This document shows positions 1-6,302 of a stretch of DNA of 9,361 nt, in pieces. Within the stretch, counting starts at the first letter, position 1. Each line of letters begins with the position of its first letter. A program made the translations under genes and the position numbers. Under the pieces are notes generated by a model that ran no database searches, was not told where the DNA came from, and saw only the letters and a list, made by a program, of their open reading frames with translations. The stretch is from Chlorokybus atmophyticus (lineage: Eukaryota > Plantae > Mesostigma and Chlorokybus algae), in the NCBI GenBank assembly GCA_009103225.1, contig RHPI01002738.1, positions 7,195 to 16,555 of the forward strand, read 5' to 3'.

Positions 1-101
1 TGACTGTTCGAAGCAACCAACTGATGACGGTGTGACGCAGTTGACTATTGCAATTGCAGTGTCGCAAGCATGCAGCTAACCCACATGTGATTGGTTGACA
101 G

Positions 102-3100
102 CACCACAGTGCACTAAGTCCTGTTGGAGCTCCTATGCAAGCCTGGATTCAATCCCATCAACTGGTCCTTCAATCCCACTTGCTGATGGGCGCGGCGGCA
201 ATGCGGCATCAGTTTAACATGCATGTTGGCCTGTTGAATCCCGACATGTCCATTGGGGCAGTGGCGCATGATGTGCCCATGGCTCAAGAGCTCCGTGACG
301 AGTCTGCCATTGAGGTGGGCGGGGAGAGTGCAGCTAATACCACCTTGTCAGCCCCCATGGCTTCCCCTGCTCCATGCAGCCCACGGGCCATTGAGGTAAG
401 TCGCTGTCTTTTATGCTCGTGCCTTGGTAACAATGCGTCAGGCACTGCATAAGCTTATATTCGTCCTTTGCAACATTGTGAGCCATCTTATCCTGGGTCC
501 TGTATACAGCCCCCCTTGCTGCATGCACAAGTGGTCTCACCTGCAGCTCCTGCTCCCCTCCCAGCCAGAGCGCAACCACCTTCCGCGGCACCAGTCCTTC
601 GTGCACTGCCATCTCCTCCACGAGCAGCACCGGTGATTGCGGGGCAACAATCCTTCTTGCCGCCACCGGCGAGACCACAGCACAATGCAACAACCGATGT
701 GGCTTCTGCACCTACCTTACCCCACCCGCTGCAAGTTGAAGCCGGCAGTCTGCCCCAAACTCAGGTACTTTATCAGTCACTGTGACTCTTGCCGTCCACA
801 GTTGGACACACCATGTGAGTGCTGTATGCGCATGCAGCAGGGGTCACCACCTGCCAGCGAGTCATCAGAGGAGCTGGCCGCAACCCGCATACGGCCATCA
901 GTCATGCTAGGTGGCCAGCTCGCCTCATGGGACCACTTCAATGCGCCAACGGATGGTAACTGCTTCTACCATTGTGTATTTCGCGCCAGGCCATCCATAG
1001 CGCAAAGTGTCCTGGATGATCACAAGTGCCCCAGCTCGAGCAGATTTTGGGCCATGCTGGACACCATGGACGACGACGGCAGGGGGCACACTCTCCGCAA
1101 AATCACCGCCAAGGCTGTCGATGCAGGCGTGGCGAGCAGAATCCTAGACTTCTGCAGAGCCACTGGTGCCGCGGGAGAGATGGCGCAGTATTACGACAAA
1201 CTGCCTGCGACCATGTTGGCTGATATCAACTGCAACATTGACCTAGCCATGGCCAAGGTGCGACAGATCGTGCGGAGAAAAGATGTGTACGTCGAGCACC
1301 TGCAGATGACCATGTTTGCCAACAAGCTGGGCTTGTTGATTGGCTGCGTGACCGTTCAGCGCGAGCATGGGGAGTGGGTGCCACGGCCCGGCAGCGCAGT
1401 TTGGGTTGGAAATAAAGAAGCCCCCAACTCAGTCCTGGTGGTGGGCAACACTGCTCCTGATGAGCCAGAAGCACACTTTTGGCTCCTCAAGCCTGCAAGC
1501 ACCGAACAGTGGTCGTGGCCTATGCATGAAGTGCCACCGGAGGTAACACACCTGATCGGAGAGTGGCGGAATGGCGTTGCCAATTCCCCGCTACCACCGG
1601 CTGTGACCCAGAGTGCTGCGCCAACGCCTCAGGCCTCGCCTTCGTGTGCTAGGCAAGAAGTAGCCGAGTGTTCTGCACATCCTGCCTCCCCTCAACCACA
1701 GCCACATGCTCGCAATCCCAATTCAGCACCCTCCCTTCCTGCCGCGGAGACTCACTTGCCACCGCACTCTGACCATCCGGAGGCATCTCCATCAAGAAGC
1801 AGCTGTAGCTCGCCCTCTCCCTCTAAGCTTGCCACATTGATCCCAGCCTGTCTTGTTGGTAAAGAGATTGATCGAGGTGTCCTGAAAGCTGCGCTGAAAG
1901 ACAAAGGCTTCATGCTCGACCTCATGAAGCAACATGAGGTCGTGGAGGAACGGGAGGCAACCAACAAGCGCAAGGCTGTGGAGCAAGAAGATAACGCCTT
2001 ACCTCCTCTGAGTGACAGTGCCACGGAGAGCGCCTGCCAGGATGTGCAGGGTGACCAAAAAAAAAAGAAGAAGGTTGTTGGAACAAAGGACGCTGACAGG
2101 ACCAAAAAAGGAAAGGTGAGGCATCGTTACAACATTAGAAGAAGCACAGCGCCTTGAAGCCTCACTGGGGCTGACTGTGTGTCCTGAGTAGGCACAGGCG
2201 GGTTTACAGCGTCAAGTGGCTGCTCAGCATCGTCCAGAGAGACAGCCGGTGCGGCACGAGCTGCCTAAGCTCAAAGCACCGACGCGCAGACGCTTTGGGG
2301 GGCTGACTCGTAGTGCAAAGGAGTTGATCACCCTACAGTACGCCCAAGACGCGCTGCATCACCGCATGCGGCATGCCTCGAGGTGGGTGACGAAAGTTTG
2401 CAATAAGTGGGAGCAAACGCGGAGAATGCGGTCTAAACAGACCTCTGGGGATTGGCCGTGGTTGGAACCCATACACGATATGGCCATCCGTAGTACGTTG
2501 TTGCCCCTCGCCGTCCTCGATATGATGGTGTTGTTGCTGCCGCAGCACCCCGGCAATGTGCAAGAGCTATCTGCGGAGCAGAACTTCGACCTGCTGCAGC
2601 AGATGTACCTGTCGATGTCGACTAATGCGGGTCGAGATGTGTGCCACTACCTGAGCAAACATACTGGGTGGCAAGTAAAACCATTCGAGCTGTACTTGGC
2701 ATGCTTTGGCTGGCAGTGGCTGTATGTCATACGGCACGTCGAGCTGATTCTGTGGAAGCTCGAAGAAAATGACGATGCGGGGGAGTACACGAGTGACGAC
2801 AGCCATGTCGAGGGCCTGGATGAACGCATGCTGGACGAGACCACCAAGACCAGCAGGTGGTGTATGGCGGCAGATGGGCGTCAGGTGATCGAGCAGGCAG
2901 TGGAGCGTTATGCTGCGCCATTCAGATGGGAGTCGCTACGCCTGCGACGCGATAACAGAGTTTGGTGGCAGAGGCAGCTTGCACACCCGCGTGCACCATG
3001 TGTGCTGATTTGTCGCATTGAAGAGCCCCCCCCCCCAGCGGATGGGGAGACGCCCTGTTGCAAGAAAGCGATGTGCCATGTCTGCATCATAGCACATCAG

Positions 3101-3226
3101 AAGACTGTGGCAAATAAATCAAAGAATCTACAAGCGTGTCCATTCTGCAAGCAACCTCACCCGTTTTGGTCGCCACGCCTTCTGCAAGACGCCAACGTGT
3201 CGGCGGTGATTTGGCCCCCGCCTTGA
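102..3226 (+). CDS. Spliced gene 1, join(102 or 135..395, 510..764, 838..2115, 2210..3226), about 936-947 aa. Pro/Ala-rich N-terminus, OTU-like cysteine protease, low-complexity linker with Lys-rich NLS-like patch, unknown helical domain, C-terminal RING-like finger. The 5' end may lie outside the window.
   Basis: Track ORFs 135..452, 468..785, 637..2157 and 2216..3226 join exactly in frame through three phase-0 GT-AG introns (GAG|GTAAGT at 396, CAG|GTACTT at 765, AAG|GTGAGG at 2116; acceptors TACAG|510, GCAG|838 or 841, TTTACAG|2210). Ends at TGA 3224-3226. The frame is open back to CAG 99-101, with GCTAAC at 75-80, suggesting a further upstream exon. Confidence 0.75.
396..509 (+). other. 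Intron 1 of gene 1 (114 nt, phase 0)
   Basis: Perfect donor GAG|GTAAGT and acceptor TATACAG|C. Joins ...RAIE to PPLLH... in frame and removes the stop at 450-452. Confidence 0.8.
765..837 (+). other. Intron 2 of gene 1 (73 nt, or 76 nt with the NAGNAG acceptor at 840; phase 0)
   Basis: Donor CAG|GTACTT and acceptor ATGCAG|CAG|G. Joins the 468 frame to the 637 frame. Confidence 0.7.
940..1490 (+). other. OTU-like cysteine protease (deubiquitinase-type) domain
   Basis: APTDGNCFYHCV (Asp 952-954, Cys 961-963) matches the OTU D-G-x-C-[LF] box. It is followed by LRKITA, YVEHLQMTMFANKLGLLIGCV and EAHFWLL (His 1474-1476). Confidence 0.75.
2116..2209 (+). other. Intron 3 of gene 1 (94 nt, phase 0)
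   Basis: Donor AAG|GTGAGG, branch-like CTGAC at 2171-2175 and acceptor TTTACAG|C. An alternative in-frame CACAG ends at 2197. Fuses ORF 637..2157 to ORF 2216..3226. Confidence 0.75.
2999..3148 (+). other. RING-like zinc finger (8 Cys)
   Basis: C-x3-C-x14-C-C-x4-C-x2-C-x17-C-P-F-C-K at the C-terminus. The spacing resembles C4C4-type RING variants, and the CPxC[RK] ending is typical of RINGs. Confidence 0.55.
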
Positions 3227-3508
3227 TGCCAATTGTGCATGTATTGTAGTTTTGTGTTGGCTTCCTGTGAACCATGTAGGTACATGTATAGTTGCAGCAT
3301 GGTGCATGGTGCACCAGAGATCTGCTGTTGTTAGAAGCATTGGCTGTACATGTGTATGATGACTGCCCGGCGCATGAGTCAGTGCATGGCTTGCATACCT
3401 CGCTGGTTTAGAGCGTGGTTGACAGCAACAAACTCGGACAGCGCTCTGGGTTCCATGGCATGACAGCACAGTATTACTCTACGATCGTGGTAGTATGCGA
3501 GTATCCTT

Positions 3509-3590
3509 GTACTGTAGTACCATTAACAGATAGAGTACCATTCATGTTGATGTAGTACCATGCATGGTACTGCAATAGCGTATAAGGTAC
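3509..3590. repeat. AGTACCAT repeat cluster with an 18-bp perfect palindrome and six GTAC cores
   Basis: AGTACCAT at 3516, 3534 and 3554, plus an inverted copy at 3564-3571. Palindrome AGTACCATGCATGGTACT at 3554-3571. GTAC at 3509, 3517, 3535, 3555, 3567 and 3587. Confidence 0.85.
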
Positions 3591-3617
3591 AGTCGTGCTT
3601 CACTTGAAGTTTGACCC

Positions 3618-3666
3618 ATTTAGGGTTCGTAAGCTGGCAACCCTAAATTGATGCCCATACCCTAAA
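3618..3666. promoter_or_regulatory. Telo-box-like (TTTAGGG/CCCTAAA) motifs upstream of gene 2
   Basis: ATTTAGGGTT (3618-3627) and AACCCTAAAT (3639-3648) form a perfect 10-bp inverted repeat. A third ACCCTAAA is at 3659-3666, 44 nt before ATG 3710. Regulatory function is inferred. Confidence 0.45.
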
Positions 3667-3709
3667 GTCTCGCTCAGTTTGTGGGCAGCCGTGCCGATTC
3701 CTATTTTGC

Positions 3710-5183
3710 ATGATGTCGGCGGCAGCAGTTGAATCACCCTCACCTAGGAGACCATGCTTGGTGTGCCCACAATGCAATGCGTACGTATGTGCCAATGGCC
3801 GTAGGCAGCAAATGCGAGCACACTTGACCGAATGCCAGCGAGTGCAGACAGTGTGCCACGGTTTTAGTGCTGCTTGCTGGCATCACACCACACACAATGT
3901 CGACGTGTTTGGCTGCCGCCTCGGCCAAGTGCTGTGCAAGGAACCCGAGTTTTTCCATTGCGTGCAGTGCGTGTGCGAATCGTGCTCGCGCTCATGCTTC
4001 GAGTGGCGAGGGGAACCCATGCGCTTCTTCACATGGACAACACCGGGACATGTGGTTAGTGGACAGGTGGTGAATGCTGTGGAGGTAACCCACAAGAGTG
4101 GACCGCGACGTAGCACTGCATGTTATGTTGGGCGTATGCTTATTTCATGCATGTTGAAGCTGTTGTCGCATTCAGAGCAGTCTTGCACGGTGTGGGCGTG
4201 GGCAGTTCCATCCCCTGGCCGCTGTAGAGGAGGCAGACCATCGACCGTTGGACAGCGCACTGCATCGGCTGCGGAACGCAGTTAAGTTGGGATGCGAGCA
4301 GCTGATCGGTGTGAGTGTCATGGTGCATTGGCCGCTGGATGGGGAATGGTATGCGGGCGTTGTGGAATCATTCAAGCAAGCGTCAGGTCAGCATCGCTTC
4401 GTGGCGTGCGAGATTGAGGACGCATCATATATGCATGGTGCAATGGAAAATGTCTTTGCAGGGCAGCACCGTATAGTATTCGATGACGGTGATCGACCAC
4501 AAATCATCAACTTCAAAGGGCACAACGTATTCGCGTACACATCAGTTGACGGGGCACGCCATCATCTGCGCGCCGGAGGGGAGAACGTCAGTCGCAAAGT
4601 AAGCCCGGACGGCATCATTGTTAGTCCCTGGCCAGCACCACGGCCAGCCTTGACCACATACACGCCATTTAACAACAAGCTGGGACGCACACGCAGACCA
4701 AGGGCACTCGACCTATTCTGCGGCGGTGGCGGTGCCAGTGTCGGTCTATACCACGCAGGAGGCTTTGACGTGACCAGGATGGACATAAGTCCCTCCTCTG
4801 AGTACCCGCTGCCCTTCATACACCGCGGTGTATGCACCCTGAGTGCAGGAGAGCTGAGCGAGTACGAGCTCATCTGGGCCAATCCACCATGCCAGGCCTA
4901 TTCAGGTGCTATCCCGGCACCTCAACGGGCGGCACATGGCACATCCTGGAGACACCAGGATATGATACCGCTCGTCCGACGTCTGCTGCTTGCAAGCCAG
5001 GTCAAGTTTGTGATTGAGAATGTGCCAGGAGCAGCTTCCTCATTCAGACCCAATCTGTCCCTTTGTGGCACGATGTTTGGCCTATCAACTTTCCGACACC
5101 GTCTGTTTGAGACACAGCCAGTGGTAGCTACCCCACCAGCACGCTGCTCGCACGCGGGCTGTAACGGAGTGCTACCTCTATAG
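3710..5183 (+). CDS. Spliced gene 2, join(3710..4084, 4176..4386, 4462..5159), 428 aa plus 7 LTR-derived residues and stop. Cys/His-rich Zn-binding region, Tudor domain and bacterial/phage-type DNA (cytosine-5) methyltransferase, C-terminally truncated by retrotransposon insertion and probably now a pseudogene.
   Basis: Intron 4085..4175 (GAG|GTAACC ... TTCAG|A) joins ORF 3710 to the 4248 frame, which is open from 4158. MTase motifs: I DLFCGGGGAS (4710), II/III GFDVTRMDI, IV NPPCQ (Cys 4890-4892), VI VIENV (Glu 5016-5018), VIII-like LCGTMFGL-x3-RHRLFE. Motifs IX and X are absent. Confidence 0.8.
4085..4175 (+). other. Intron 1 of gene 2 (91 nt, phase 0)
   Basis: Donor GAG|GTAACC and acceptor CATTCAG|A. 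The join is in frame, and TGA 4155-4157 lies just upstream of the acceptor in the downstream frame. Confidence 0.7.
4302..4535 (+). other. Tudor domain, split by intron 4387..4461
   Basis: The spliced sequence LIGVSVMVHWPLDGEWYAGVVESFKQASGQHRIVFDDGD matches the plant MSH6/PDS5-type Tudor pattern (LVG.RV.V.WP.D..WY.G.V..Y....G.H.V.YDDG), with aromatic cage residues retained. Confidence 0.8.
4387..4461 (+). other. Intron 2 of gene 2 (75 nt, phase 1, in frame and stop-free)
   Basis: CAG|GTCAGC ... GTCTTTGCAG|GG. Removing it deletes a 25-aa insert and restores a canonical Tudor domain. Confidence 0.75.
4701..5159 (+). other. C5 cytosine methyltransferase catalytic domain (motifs I-VIII), truncated
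   Basis: FCGGGG (FxGxG), PPCQ catalytic Cys, ENV and RHRLFE occur in canonical order with compact spacing, as in small phage/bacterial C5-MTases. Confidence 0.9.
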
Positions 5184-5496
5184 AGGTTCCCCGCCCTTAT
5201 TTATGATTAAATAAGGGTCCCAACGGGTATATACAGCCAATTAAGCCGTATTAGGGCCGTTAACCTAGTGTTAAGGCCCTAATGTAGTGTTACTTAACTG
5301 TAACACTGATATCGACATGAGACATGAGTCTCATGTCGATATCAGCTGTATGGCGGCACTGCTAACGCAGCAGCCGCCATAGCCAGGGGATCTTCTGCTC
5401 CGGCAGTTGCCCCTGGCGGCGGCGGTGTGGTCGGCGTGGCTGGTGGCGGTGTTGGGGTAGGGGATTAAAGGAGGAGGAGCACCCCCTCTCCTTACA
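5160..5496 (+). repeat. 5' LTR (337 bp)
   Basis: Starts TGTAACGGAG and ends CTCCTTACA (imperfect terminal inverted repeat, TG...CA), followed 1 nt later by the PBS. TATATA is at 5228-5233 and TGTAA (chlorophyte polyA signal) at 5299-5303. The 3' LTR is outside the window, so the left boundary is inferred. Confidence 0.82.
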
Positions 5497-5497
5497 T

Positions 5498-5509
5498 TGG
5501 TATCGGAGC
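5498..5509 (+). promoter_or_regulatory. Primer binding site complementary to the 3' end of tRNA-iMet
   Basis: TGGTATCGGAGC versus the canonical plant PBS TGGTATCAGAGC. The single A>G difference still gives a G:U pair with the tRNA. Confidence 0.9.
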
Positions 5510-5532
5510 ACGGGCGGCAAGGGGCCTATGGG

Positions 5533-5570
5533 AGGGGCGGCGGCAGGCGGCAGGGGCGGCGGCAGGCGGC
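5533..5570 (+). repeat. Perfect 19-nt tandem duplication AGGGGCGGCGGCAGGCGGC within a G-rich tract
   Basis: Copies at 5533-5551 and 5552-5570. Confidence 0.9.
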
Positions 5571-5650
5571 GGCAAGCGGCAGCGACGTTAAACTAATGGT
5601 AGTTAAAGTGTTTTATGTTTTAACTATAATAGTTAAACGCTGCTGCTGGT

Positions 5651-5718
5651 GCCTAGCCTAGCCTAGCTTGCCATGCCATGCATGCCATGCCTAGCCTAGC
5701 ATGCCTGTCCTAGTCTAG
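5651..5718. repeat. Mixed pentamer microsatellite of GCCTA and GCCAT units
   Basis: gcctagcctagcctagcttgccatgccatgcatgccatgcctagcctagcatgcctgtcctagtctag. Confidence 0.85.
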
Positions 5719-6302
5719 TTTGTTATTGTGTGAAGGGAGCCGGCCATTCAGGCCTATCCCTGAAGCATTGCATTGCAGCACAACACATAGTAAAAATACA
5801 TTGATTGTATTATATTGTGTGTGTACCACCACGTGGATTCGTGGTGGTGTAAGGGTTTTTCCTATTAATTTGGAAATTCCCTTGGGGGGGGCAGTTCGGT
5901 GGCAACATCGACTGTCTCAGTGCCGCCATTTTAAGCGGTGAGGCCGCCAGAATTTTTTGAGCGGCCGATATCAAACTCACCATTCACAACTGGTCGATAT
6001 CGGCCTGCAAGGTCGATTTGACGAGATTTTGGCACCCTGTGTGTCAATCACAGTTGTGAATTGTGCTGGGTTGTACAAAGTGAAAACTTTGAGAAATCAT
6101 AACTCGTGAACCGTCGCGTGGATTCGCGCACGGTTTGTTGCAGAGTGAGTGTCTAGTTGAGAGGTGTGTGGAGAGCTCTTTTGGGGCTGTATGCTCCACC
6201 GTAACGCCTCAAAACTTGACGAGACAAGATTATTAGATTTTGCCTGTATTGCAGTGCACAATCTGAGTACTTGTGCACTTGCTAACGGCTGTCTTTGGGC
6301 AG

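Noticed and set aside
637-837. Track start of the 506-aa ORF at 637
   Set aside because: It overlaps the exon read in the 468 frame and the predicted intron 765..837. The spliced model explains it better.
2057-3036. A10 (2057-2066) and C11 (3026-3036) homopolymers as frameshift or phase-variation sites
   Set aside because: Both are in frame (poly-Lys and poly-Pro), and downstream coding features stay in register.
3554-3600. Palindrome as a Helitron 3' terminal hairpin
   Set aside because: No CTRR terminus about 10-12 nt beyond the stem on either strand.
4308-4316. Strong donor-like GGT|GTGAGT inside gene 2
   Set aside because: The region encodes the first Tudor strand (LIGVSVMVHWP); splicing here would destroy the match.
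4248-5183. Bacterial restriction-modification or prophage locus
   Set aside because: Consistent in-frame GT-AG introns, a Tudor fusion and an LTR retrotransposon indicate a eukaryotic genome. No nuclease partner is visible.
5621-5637. TAACTATAA resembling the start of the I-CeuI homing site
   Set aside because: Only 9 nt match, and the sequence is explained as half of a local inverted repeat.
3509-5718. CRISPR array, tRNA or rRNA gene
   Set aside because: The repeats lack constant repeat-spacer periodicity, and no cloverleaf or rRNA signature was seen; the PBS is only a 12-nt tRNA complement.
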